Of a DNA stretch of 64,000 nt, positions 9,546 through 18,493 are shown one piece after another (the first letter of the stretch is position 1; each line of letters begins with the position of its first letter). The DNA comes from Myxococcota bacterium (GTDB lineage: Bacteria > Myxococcota_A > Polyangia > Polyangiales > Houyiibacteriaceae): positions 64,001 through 128,000 of the forward strand of contig JBCCEA010000006.1 of the NCBI GenBank assembly GCA_039030515.1, in the 5' to 3' direction. The position numbers and the translations under genes are program-made. The notes below the pieces were generated by a model, which made no database searches, was not told where the DNA came from, and saw nothing but the letters and a program-made list of their open reading frames with translations.

Positions 9546-11045
9546 TCAATGCTTGGAGCTCAGCTCCCGGACCCGATTTAGACCGTTGAGTGCAGCGACC
9601 CGGTAGGCCTCTGCCATGGTCGGGTAGTTGAACGTAGTATGAATAAAGTACATGAGCGTATTTTCTCGGCCTTTCGCGGAGATGATCGCTTGGCCGATAT
9701 GCACGATTTCGGCGGCTTGAGCTCCAAAGCAGTGGACTCCCAAAAGCTCTAACGTGTCTCGATGGAAGAGGAGCTTCAACATGCCCACGGCTTCTCCCGT
9801 GATCTGTGCGCGGGCCAGGCTGCGAAACAGCGCATGGCCGACTTCGTAGGGGACCCGCTCGGCGGTCAACTCTCGCTCGGTGCGGCCTACCGAGCTTATC
9901 TCGGGGCTTGTGTAAATACCTGTCGGGATAAACTGCGTGAGTTGAGAGTCGCAAGCGCCGTAGAGAATATGTGAAGCCGCAAACCGACCCTGATCGTAGG
10001 AGGCACTCGCCAAACTCGGAAACCCGATCACGTCGCCTACAGCGTAAATATGGGGGACTTCGGTGCGGTAGCTCTCGTCTACGTTCAAGTTGCCTCGGCT
10101 GTCGGGCGTAAGGGGAACGTGCTCAAGGCCTAGATCGTTCGTATTGCCCGAGCGGCCGTTGGCCCAAAGAAAGGCATCCGTCTTGATTCTTTTGCCGCTC
10201 TCGAGATCAAGCACGACGCCATCGTCCATTCCTTGGACGCTGGCATAGGATTCGTTGTGACGGATCAAACAACCCTGATCCCGCAGATGATAGCTCAGCG
10301 CGTCGGTAATTTCATCATCGAGGAAAGAAAGCAGCCGGTCGCGGGTGTTGATCAAATCGACCTTGACGCCGAGGTTGCGAAAGATCGACGCGTACTCACA
10401 TCCGATGACGCCTGCGCCGTAAATCGAGATCGAGTTGGGGGTATGCTGCAAGTTGAGGATCGTGTTGCTGTCGAAGATCCTCGGGTGGGAGAAATCGATA
10501 TTCGGCGGGTTCCACGGCCTAGAGCCGGTCGCGACGATGAAGGCGTCGGCCTCCAGAGTTTCGCTCACTTCCCCCGGAGACATGATGTCGATCCGGTGCG
10601 GGTCGACAAAGCGTGCATGACCGCGCACCAACCGAATCCGGTTGCGGTCGTAAAAGCTCTTGCGCAGCCGAACCTGGTCATCGATCACTTTGGCCGCGCG
10701 GCGAAGCAGATCGGGGAACGAGACATCGACGGCGTATGCGGGCTCTGAAAATAGGGGGCTTCTGCGAAACTCCAGTAGGCTCTGAACCGAATGACGTAGC
10801 GTCTTGCTGGGAATCGTCGCCCAGTGGGTGCAGGCGCCCCCCACTTCGTGATGGCGCTCGACAACCACCACCTCGGCGCCGTCTTTTTTGGCCTTCATCG
10901 CGGCCCCTTCGCCAGCAGGGCCACTGCCGATAACGACAATGCGTTGCGCCCGGCGGGGTGCCGAAGGTTCTTGCAGTTCAAGGGGCGTTTCAGGGTTGGT
11001 CGGGTTGTGCTCGGTCACGAGCCCGAGGGTACCAGAACGCCGCAT
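9546..11045 (-). CDS. sthA: Soluble pyridine nucleotide transhydrogenase
   Basis: [59 protein letters not shown]. The true start may be the GTG at 11018. Confidence 0.95.
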   Translation of the reverse strand: MRRSGTLGLVTEHNPTNPETPLELQEPSAPRRAQRIVVIGSGPAGEGAAMKAKKDGAEVVVVERHHEVGGACTHWATIPSKTLRHSVQSLLEFRRSPLFSEPAYAVDVSFPDLLRRAAKVIDDQVRLRKSFYDRNRIRLVRGHARFVDPHRIDIMSPGEVSETLEADAFIVATGSRPWNPPNIDFSHPRIFDSNTILNLQHTPNSISIYGAGVIGCEYASIFRNLGVKVDLINTRDRLLSFLDDEITDALSYHLRDQGCLIRHNESYASVQGMDDGVVLDLESGKRIKTDAFLWANGRSGNTNDLGLEHVPLTPDSRGNLNVDESYRTEVPHIYAVGDVIGFPSLASASYDQGRFAASHILYGACDSQLTQFIPTGIYTSPEISSVGRTERELTAERVPYEVGHALFRSLARAQITGEAVGMLKLLFHRDTLELLGVHCFGAQAAEIVHIGQAIISAKGRENTLMYFIHTTFNYPTMAEAYRVAALNGLNRVRELSSKH

Positions 11046-11146
11046 CGCATCCGGAGAAAGCCGCTCGATGTCCCGCCGGCAGCGTTCGACGTCTCATCCG
11101 CCACCCGCCGAGCTGATGGGCAGGGTGGGGCGGTGGGACACGCGGA

Positions 11147-13618
11147 TTAAAGTTTCTCAGTTTCCCGCAGGAAGGCATCGATTGCATTGTCGTCAGTTTG
11201 ATACTCACTGCCCCCCTGAGCCGGCAACTGTTCGACTGCTGGGTAGCCAAAATCACATCCAGCGGCTTTCCTCGCCATTTCGTCAAAATCAGGGCTTCTT
11301 GTACGAGCGGGAAAGCTAACACTTGTCAAATCCCGGGCCGCGGCTCCATGCGCCTCACCCACTCCGGCCTGGAGCCGCGGCCTCTTTGCTTGTGGCTGTG
11401 CGGAGGAAACGGGCGCTGGGGCTGGGGCACCCGAACTAGCGGGGGATGGGCTGGCATGAACCTCGAGCCAATCATTGTACCAATTTTTTACAAAAGATAC
11501 TGCTCTCTGCGTTGAGTACCCTCCTCCGTCTTTGGCACCCAAGCGTATCGAAACCGCTTTCACCGCGTCATCATATAGGCATTGGGGTGAGTGATCGAGC
11601 AGGTAGTACAGATGTAGACGACTGGCGATGCTTTTGTACCCTTTTTCCCGCGATTTCGCATGCGGACCCTGACGCAAGAGCGCTTGAATCGCTTTGTGAA
11701 CCGAGTCAAGTGAAAGAGATCGCTCTGCCTCCGTGAGACTCGAATTAGTCTGAAGAAAATCACGTGCCGAAGACAGACCTTGCTCTGAGCCCGAACGTGG
11801 TTCTTGTCTTAAGTTGCCGACAAGATCATGCAATTCTAACCAACCACTGAGTGCTTCCAGCACCTTTGGTGTGATTGCTAGCGGCGCTGTGTCTATCTCA
11901 TGCTTAGACGTAAATCGTAGTGGAGCAACGCTCGCAGGCGCAGCGACGCGGGGCACATATGGAGGACGTGGCGCCGTGGCCGCAGCAGGTGCGGGTCTCG
12001 GGGGTGCGGCCGGCGCAGGGGCAGCGCTCGCACGCACGAAGGCTCGAGGTGGTGGCTGCCGGCATGATACTTGGCTAACAGGGGCTGCGGGTCTCGGGGC
12101 CCCGACTGGCGCAGGGGCAGCGCTCGCACGCACGAAGGCTCGAGGTGGTGGCTGCCGGCATGATACTTGGCTAACAGGGGCTGCGGGTCTCGGGGCCCCG
12201 ACTGGCGCAAGGGCAGCGCTCGCACGCACGAAGGCTCCGGGCGGCGGTGGTGGCTGGTAGGGCGGCCAGCTAACAACGGGCGCTGGGGCTCCGGCCGGTA
12301 CCGGCTGTTGTGGGTGTCTGATGACCGGTGGCGCGGTGGCTGCAGAACGAGCGTGCCGACTCTGTGTCCACGCCGCATACCACTGACCTACCAATTGTTT
12401 CGCTTGGTCGGGTTTGTACCCCTCTCCTTGCTTACCCTCTAAGAGTGTCTCCACTCTAGTCGTCGCAGCCAGATGAAGCTCAGGGGGATTATCCGATAGC
12501 AGCCAGTGCAGATGTAGACGATAAGCCAAATCTTCGGACGATGTGTCCTGCCAGTTCGTGTACGGACCCTGACGTAAGAGTGCCTGAATCGCCCTCCGAA
12601 CCAGGTCGCTTGAAGTAGATCGCTCTGCATCTGTGAGGCCGACATCATATTTAAGAGATATAGTCGCCCATTGTAGATAAAGATCATCTGGCGGTGTGTC
12701 TTGTGTGATGTTCGTAGGAGGCCTAATCAGGAGCAAAACATGAAGCCCCGACAGTACCTTTGGTGTGACGTCTACCGGCGCTGTCAATACCCGAATCTCA
12801 TCCTCGGATAGTGGCGACATAGACGCCGTGGTTGCGGCTGGTGCGGGTCCAGCGCTCGCAGGTACGGTTTGAGCATAGGCGGGGGATTGCGATGAGAGGG
12901 GGCCAGCAGTCGTTACAGAGGGCCCAGGTGCTGGAACCATATCCCGTTGGAGTGATTCGTAGATGCAGGCAAGCTGACGATAATCTTGTTCCCAATCAGT
13001 CCCGATCCCGATGTTCAAATTTCTTAATAAAGACGCACCATCTGATAAGAGGCTACTAGCCTCTATCGCAAGATGAGAGTCGCCACGAAGCCCAGAGTAA
13101 ATGCTCTTCCACAGATCATTAATTTGGATATCGGTGGATATTGGGCACTCTCGATACTCGTGCCTCCGAAAAAGAAGAGCACATCTAAACATAATCCGGA
13201 CAACTCGCTCGCCGAGATTCCAAAACGCTGGACTTCGTATATGAAGTAGATGATGTGCGTGGTCGAAAGTGGGCCATCGTGCCGGATCAAGATACGCTTG
13301 ATTCGCTGCAGATAGCGGAACTTGTAGCGTTGCATAATACTGACTGAAACCTAGGTCATAACCTGCTGGTCTGGCTCCAGAACTACCGTCGCCAGCGGAC
13401 GCCTGGTCGCATATTATGATGAGTAATTTAAGTATTTGCTCATCACTGCACCTGTCAGCGATACCAGTCCGAATGTACCTAAGTACTTGTTGAACGTTGC
13501 TCGGAGTTAGAAAATCAAGCGGTGAACGTTTTATGTGTTGGTCGATGATATGGGCGAAAAAGAGCGTGCGTATGATCAGAGCTGCTGACGGAAACAGTCG
13601 CACCTGCCCAGATTGCAT
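11147..13618 (-). CDS. Orphan 823-aa protein with two copies of an unrecognised ~140-aa domain and Pro/Ala-rich linkers
   Basis: Long ORF, AT-richer in its 5' half. Internal duplication TAP..ITPKVL...LT.AERS...AIQALLRQGP...A.RLHL..LL...V..WY..W. Confidence 0.75.
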   Translation of the reverse strand: MQSGQVRLFPSAALIIRTLFFAHIIDQHIKRSPLDFLTPSNVQQVLRYIRTGIADRCSDEQILKLLIIICDQASAGDGSSGARPAGYDLGFSQYYATLQVPLSAANQAYLDPARWPTFDHAHHLLHIRSPAFWNLGERVVRIMFRCALLFRRHEYRECPISTDIQINDLWKSIYSGLRGDSHLAIEASSLLSDGASLLRNLNIGIGTDWEQDYRQLACIYESLQRDMVPAPGPSVTTAGPLSSQSPAYAQTVPASAGPAPAATTASMSPLSEDEIRVLTAPVDVTPKVLSGLHVLLLIRPPTNITQDTPPDDLYLQWATISLKYDVGLTDAERSTSSDLVRRAIQALLRQGPYTNWQDTSSEDLAYRLHLHWLLSDNPPELHLAATTRVETLLEGKQGEGYKPDQAKQLVGQWYAAWTQSRHARSAATAPPVIRHPQQPVPAGAPAPVVSWPPYQPPPPPGAFVRASAALAPVGAPRPAAPVSQVSCRQPPPRAFVRASAAPAPVGAPRPAAPVSQVSCRQPPPRAFVRASAAPAPAAPPRPAPAAATAPRPPYVPRVAAPASVAPLRFTSKHEIDTAPLAITPKVLEALSGWLELHDLVGNLRQEPRSGSEQGLSSARDFLQTNSSLTEAERSLSLDSVHKAIQALLRQGPHAKSREKGYKSIASRLHLYYLLDHSPQCLYDDAVKAVSIRLGAKDGGGYSTQRAVSFVKNWYNDWLEVHASPSPASSGAPAPAPVSSAQPQAKRPRLQAGVGEAHGAAARDLTSVSFPARTRSPDFDEMARKAAGCDFGYPAVEQLPAQGGSEYQTDDNAIDAFLRETEKL
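12012..12260. repeat. 96-bp (32-aa) tandem repeat, ~2.5 copies, inside the orphan gene
   Basis: gcacgaaggctc at 12034, 12130 and 12226. Peptide unit RAFVRASAAPAPVGAPRPAAPVSQVSCRQPPP. Confidence 0.9.
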
Positions 13619-13818
13619 ACAAAAACCTAGCAGGGAGGAGCTGGTGGTCCAATATCAGCCGGTTTCCCATCGAAAGCGGCGTCTGGGAACACGGCTTAGG
13701 GCTACCGGTTCTCTCACGGTGCCGAGGTTGATGGTCTCTGCACTCAAGCCAAGCGCAACACCACGCTTCGTATCATTGAGCTGCAGTGTGCTGTGCGCTT
13801 TCGTCGCAATATGTTCTT

Positions 13819-13999
13819 TCTCCCCAGCAGCGCCACTGCCGATAACGACAATGCGCTGCGCCCGGTCACGGCCCCGAGGGCGCCAGAACGCCGCATCACA
13901 TCCGGAGAAAGCCCCCAGTGTCCTGCCGGCAGCATTCGACGTCTCATCCGCCACCCGCCAAGCCGATGGGCAGGGTGATGCGGTGGGACATGGGGATTA
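13819..13999 (-). repeat. Degenerate duplicate of the sthA upstream region and 5' coding end (copy of ~10906-11149 with a ~60-nt deletion)
   Basis: ccactgccgataacgacaatgcg and ttcgacgtctcatccgccacccgcc occur at both sites. The copy translates to [14 protein letters not shown], versus sth[15 protein letters not shown]. Confidence 0.92.
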
Positions 14000-14953
14000 T
14001 ACCGGAAAAAATCTGTTCAGAAACTCTTGAAATGCTGGATCGTCCCCCTCTCGTACAGTGTCCGCGCCGCCCCGCGACCCCGCCTCTGATGGTACCGGAG
14101 CAGCGGGCCCAGGCGCGGCTCCACTCGGTGGCGGAGGCCGATGGCGTGGAACAGTTGGTGGGTATAACGCAGTGCGATTCAGTTGATGCGGGTCGTACTT
14201 GCCGATGATGGAGTGCAGTGTGCTTGTGGCGTGGCAATACGCCAGTGTCACTCGTTTTAGATCATCACTGCCTGGATCATATCGATGACCCAACCACCAC
14301 AGCGCTTGATTTAATGGGATATCGCAATAGATATCTGCTCGAGACTCACGTAGAAGTTGTTCGACCGGACTCTTATCATACCGCACTTTCCCTAGTTCTT
14401 ACCAATAACTGTGCTCTTCACGTATACCGGACAAATCATGAAGCAACTGTTGCGCAGCTCCAGGAATAGTCGTTTCTTGCTGTTGTGAAGAGTGTTGGTT
14501 CTCCAAACGGCGGTCTAAATAGTAAAAAGCAGTACTAGTCCACAAGAGCCGGCTGAAAAGTTTTTTGTTGTTGTGGAAACGTAGGCCTTGCATGTAGCTC
14601 TTATGATCGAAGTAGATTAAGCATTTGCAGTTGAAATCCTTGTATTTTGGAAGATAGGAACCAAAACCTAATAGGTCTCGATTGCCACTCAGGTCTTTAG
14701 GATCGGGGGTTCCTGTGAATGGTTGCCGGTATACTGCGATGAGGAGCTTCAATATCTGCTCGTCACTGCCCGCGCAGTATTCGCTCCGAACGTATCTACA
14801 GATTCGCGCGCGATTGCTCTCGCTCAGAGCGGCAAAGATATCAGGATTTTCCCATCGAGTGGTTATCGTATAAGCTGCACAACAGATGCGTACAACTGCT
14901 TCGATGCCGAGTGCTTCAGTATCTTGACTGCTTGTTAATCTACCGACTTACAT
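13997..14953 (-). pseudogene. Disrupted paralog of the 11147-13618 orphan
   Basis: One reading frame from 14947 to 13997 with a single internal TAA (14399-14401). The ATG at 14953 is followed immediately by TAA. It encodes RYVRSEYCAGSDEQILKLLI versus RYIRTGIADRCSDEQILKLLI in the paralog, and ends DDPAFQEFL versus DDNAIDAFL. Confidence 0.75.
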
Positions 14954-15060
14954 TTATAAGAACTAACAGAGAAACGCTTTTGGTCAATACTCGAGAGGGC
15001 TCTTTGGTGGAAGACACGCTCGGGTACACGGCTTTTGCCGAGCGCGGACCCTGTGGCCTT

Positions 15061-16824
15061 TTAGGCGCCCTTCTCGGCGGGTCGATTCCTCTGTATCGGG
15101 AATGCTTTTCTATAATTATTGTACCATTTGTTTACGGACGAAGACAGAAGAGAACGGCGCTTTGAATGTTCTGAATCGCTGAGCATACTTCCAATATGGT
15201 TCCTAATCATACAGTCAACACTGTCGTCTATAGAGCAGCGCAGTAGGTCTTCTAAATGCAGGCGGAAGGCGAGAAGCGCTAGACTCCCATCATCTTCTTC
15301 AAACCTCCAGCGTCGATATCTGCTTACTCTTTTCATCACGCACAGAGCGATCTTCAATTGCTCTCGCGGCAGGGTTTTTTCTTCCTTACTGAGGCCTTCA
15401 CGTCCATACAGATATGCGGCCGCACTCCTGACGTAGTGTTCGGGTAGTGGAAATTGGGGCGGACTCGCAAAAAACATTAAAGCTTTGAGCACTCCTAGAG
15501 TGATTTTTACGGGCATAGCCGCTATAGCGTCGCGTGTTGGTAGTTCGTCCGCCGAGGGAGCGGCCACAGCGGTAGAGGCGAGGTCAACGGGGTGCGGCAC
15601 TTGGCCTGGCCGGACGGTCGCTGGAATCGGTGCATTGGCGGGCGAACGTGGTGTAAGCACTCCAGCGGAGAAGGCAGGAGTAAAAAAACCTCCATAAGGT
15701 GGGCCGGGCAAGGGCGCTTGAGGGACGTATGCCGGAGTCAGTGGAGGTGCCGGTTGCAAATAGCCCGGGAAAGAGACGTGGCGATGAGATTTTTGCAGTT
15801 TTTGTACTAACGCAACTACAAAGCCGTCTCGTTGGATCTTGGTTCGCGAACTAGCAGGTATTGAGTTCATAGAGCGTTCAATGCATTCGCGAATATCTTG
15901 TTCTCCCCAATCTTGATGCATGTCGAGCAGTGTTTTTACATAGAAACAGAGCGTGAGCATTTCTGTGAGCATTTCTGTATCAGAATGATATCGCCATAAA
16001 ATATGGCGTCGCCACTCTTTTGAAGTGACTATATGCCACACCTCTTCCACGCATCTTTCGGCAATAGTGCAGCTCTCATTCCTCAACTGGGTATGAATAA
16101 AGTTTATTTCAGATGGTTGACGGCCTGGGTTTTGATGGTCTGTCAAATAAGGACTGCGCAATTGTAACGCGAGCTCAAATGCGCGCATCACGTCCCCTGC
16201 GTCCGGGAGCGATGCTTGCTCTCTCGTATAAAACCAGTGAGCGGTCCTAGTTGAAGTGCCCCGACGAGAACGCTTTGGATAGGGTCCCATGTCCGGGAGT
16301 GTAGACGGAGGCGGTATTGGCGTGGACTGTGCAAGTGTGTTTAGTCGTCCTACGTTTTTGATTATATCGAGATGATCGCGATATATCTGTCTCGCAATCC
16401 GGATATGTTCTTCGTTTAGGCATGATAAATTCTCGACTTGTCGCCCATCACGATTAAGGTCCGGATAATACTTTAGTATGTTGAGAACATCCAAATCGCT
16501 CTGTGTTGCATCCATCTCGAAATGATCACAAGCGCGCAGGAATATCAGGGTGTTCGTTAGAAACTGATCGTTCGACTCCAGTAGTAATTTACTCGTGTAC
16601 TGATCGTCGAGATGCGTAAAGGCGCTGACTACCATTCTATCGATCTGTGATCGATTGAGCTCGCGCATCTGAGGATTTTGATGAATCAGATACGAGCGTA
16701 TCTCTTGGGTTAGCGCGTGGTGAGTTAAGTATCCGTATTCCCAATATTGCTTGCAGGCCAAATACGCTTTTCTGAGCGTCTCTTTTGACACATAAGGAGG
16801 CAGATATGGGGGTGGCTGGAACAT
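15061..16824 (-). CDS. Orphan 587-aa protein carrying one copy of the same ~140-aa domain
   Basis: Long AT-richer ORF. C-terminal AMPVKITLGVLKAL...GLSKEEKTL...LAFRLHLEDLL...VNKWYNNY aligns by eye to both domains of the 823-aa protein. Confidence 0.72.
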   Translation of the reverse strand: MFQPPPYLPPYVSKETLRKAYLACKQYWEYGYLTHHALTQEIRSYLIHQNPQMRELNRSQIDRMVVSAFTHLDDQYTSKLLLESNDQFLTNTLIFLRACDHFEMDATQSDLDVLNILKYYPDLNRDGRQVENLSCLNEEHIRIARQIYRDHLDIIKNVGRLNTLAQSTPIPPPSTLPDMGPYPKRSRRGTSTRTAHWFYTREQASLPDAGDVMRAFELALQLRSPYLTDHQNPGRQPSEINFIHTQLRNESCTIAERCVEEVWHIVTSKEWRRHILWRYHSDTEMLTEMLTLCFYVKTLLDMHQDWGEQDIRECIERSMNSIPASSRTKIQRDGFVVALVQKLQKSHRHVSFPGYLQPAPPLTPAYVPQAPLPGPPYGGFFTPAFSAGVLTPRSPANAPIPATVRPGQVPHPVDLASTAVAAPSADELPTRDAIAAMPVKITLGVLKALMFFASPPQFPLPEHYVRSAAAYLYGREGLSKEEKTLPREQLKIALCVMKRVSRYRRWRFEEDDGSLALLAFRLHLEDLLRCSIDDSVDCMIRNHIGSMLSDSEHSKRRSLLSSSVNKWYNNYRKAFPIQRNRPAEKGA

Positions 16825-16985
16825 GTTTAGGACACTGATGTAGAAGGGGTGGCCGTCAATCTTCGGACTGCTGGCTCGGATTGGAGGCTTTCGGCCCCGC
16901 GCTCGTTTGAGACGCGTGGTTTAACAGCGTTTCGACCTGGAGCTTTAGGGTCTCCCTGTCGATTCCATCGACCACGCCTGTTTGT

Positions 16986-18293
16986 TTAGAGCGCCCGCCT
17001 CGGTGGGTATGCGAGTGTCGCAACGAGCACTCCGGTAGCGATCGCCATGGCGACCATCAGCATGGAAAACGCCGTATTGACCGCACCAACGACATCACTT
17101 TCGAGTAAAGAGGATAGGGTAAGAAAGCCCATCGTGCCAGGAACCAAGATCAGGATGCCCGGGATCGAGACCACGACGGCCGGTCGATCTACCTTTCGCA
17201 CGTAGAAGTGGCTTAGAAGCGCCACGGTGAATCCTCCAAGCAAGGCGCCGATTTCCGGTCCAAGCGTAGGTCCCAAAGTTCGAACCGTTCCGATCGCCGT
17301 GAAGACCGCGATAAATACCCAAGGCACATCCTTGGGCCCGATTTTCAGGACGCATACAAACGCGAGACTCGCCAATATCGGCACCAATAGACCCCAGGCC
17401 TCAGCGGGCGGAGTCGACAGCAAGCCTGCTGCCTGAGGCATTTCGACAGCGAGGCGCTGGCCAAGCAAGGCTCCAAAGCCCATCTGCAAAAAGGTGACCG
17501 TGGCGCCCATGATCCGCGCTGTGCCGCTGAGCAGATTTCCGGTGGCAAGCTCGATGACGCCGTCGGTCAGACTCAGCCCGGGGAGCAGGATCACCAGCGC
17601 AGAAAGCAATAGGATCTCGGGGCGTACCGTGATGAGCGCTCCCGCGATCGCCGTCATCGTGCTGATGGCGAGGGCCGCGATCGCCGGGAGCAGTCGAGCG
17701 ATCACATCCGATCGAGCTGCGAGCAATGTGAGCGAGCCTACAAAAAGACCAAATCCTCCTCCAAGGCACATTTCGACCCACCCGCCACGAAGAAGCATAG
17801 AAAACGAAAGGGAAGCCATGCCGAAGCCGAATAGGGTGGATAGGGCACCGTATCGGGATCGTGTTCCTATCAATGTATCGATACGGAGGATGGCGGCGGC
17901 TGGGTCTAGAGACTGATGCTCCACCCGCTTCAGCACGGTGTGGATCGCTGCAAGTCGCTCCAGATCGATATCGACGGGCAGTGAGGGAACGACTCGAGTG
18001 CGAAACTCTCCATCGCGACCAAGCGTGATGAATGCGCCGGTCGGCACCGCAAAGACGACGATTTCAAAACCCAGAGCGATGGCTGCTCGCGAGGCTGCTT
18101 CTTGGACTCGATGCACAGGAACCCCGTGGGCCAAGAGCACCTGCACCAAGCGAAGCGCGAAGGCCAGCCCGTCATCGAGATCTGCGTGTCCGATGGGGAT
18201 CGATCTGGCGGCAGGCTCTCCTTTGCCGGGAGCGCGACGTCCTTTCTGCAGCGAACGCATGACGCCGCGAGCTTGTGAAAACCAAGAGTACAT
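16986..18293 (-). CDS. Threonine/serine exporter (ThrE) family membrane protein
   Basis: LLAHGVPVHRV, IDLERLA, LLPGLSLT..ELATG.L.SG, ILVPG and multiple TMs. Confidence 0.88.
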   Translation of the reverse strand: MYSWFSQARGVMRSLQKGRRAPGKGEPAARSIPIGHADLDDGLAFALRLVQVLLAHGVPVHRVQEAASRAAIALGFEIVVFAVPTGAFITLGRDGEFRTRVVPSLPVDIDLERLAAIHTVLKRVEHQSLDPAAAILRIDTLIGTRSRYGALSTLFGFGMASLSFSMLLRGGWVEMCLGGGFGLFVGSLTLLAARSDVIARLLPAIAALAISTMTAIAGALITVRPEILLLSALVILLPGLSLTDGVIELATGNLLSGTARIMGATVTFLQMGFGALLGQRLAVEMPQAAGLLSTPPAEAWGLLVPILASLAFVCVLKIGPKDVPWVFIAVFTAIGTVRTLGPTLGPEIGALLGGFTVALLSHFYVRKVDRPAVVVSIPGILILVPGTMGFLTLSSLLESDVVGAVNTAFSMLMVAMAIATGVLVATLAYPPRRAL

Positions 18294-18493
18294 TTTTCGG
18301 CGCTACCACGGTGACCCTGTCTACTCCAGCCGCGGTTGCCGCCCACGCTTTTCATCCCTAGGCCCAGCTCGCCAACAGAATGCGCATGCGTGCTAGTCTG
18401 CCGCCCGATGACGTTCTTCCTTTGCCAGAACACGTTTCTTCAACCGTCGTGGAGAAAGCCCTAAGATCGCCCGTGGAGAAAACCCTAGGACCG

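Noticed and set aside
13655..13954. 99-aa ORF containing a Rossmann-like IVVIGSG motif
   Set aside because: It is the translated remnant of the duplicated sthA 5' end, not an independent gene.
14399..14401. Stop-codon recoding or readthrough in the middle paralog
   Set aside because: TAA is used as a normal stop by other genes here (e.g. nadE), and a second TAA follows the ATG. Pseudogenisation is simpler.
11147..16824. Prophage or integrative element explaining the AT-richer island
   Set aside because: No integrase, transposase, phage genes, tRNA target or terminal repeats. The only repeat is the internal sthA copy.
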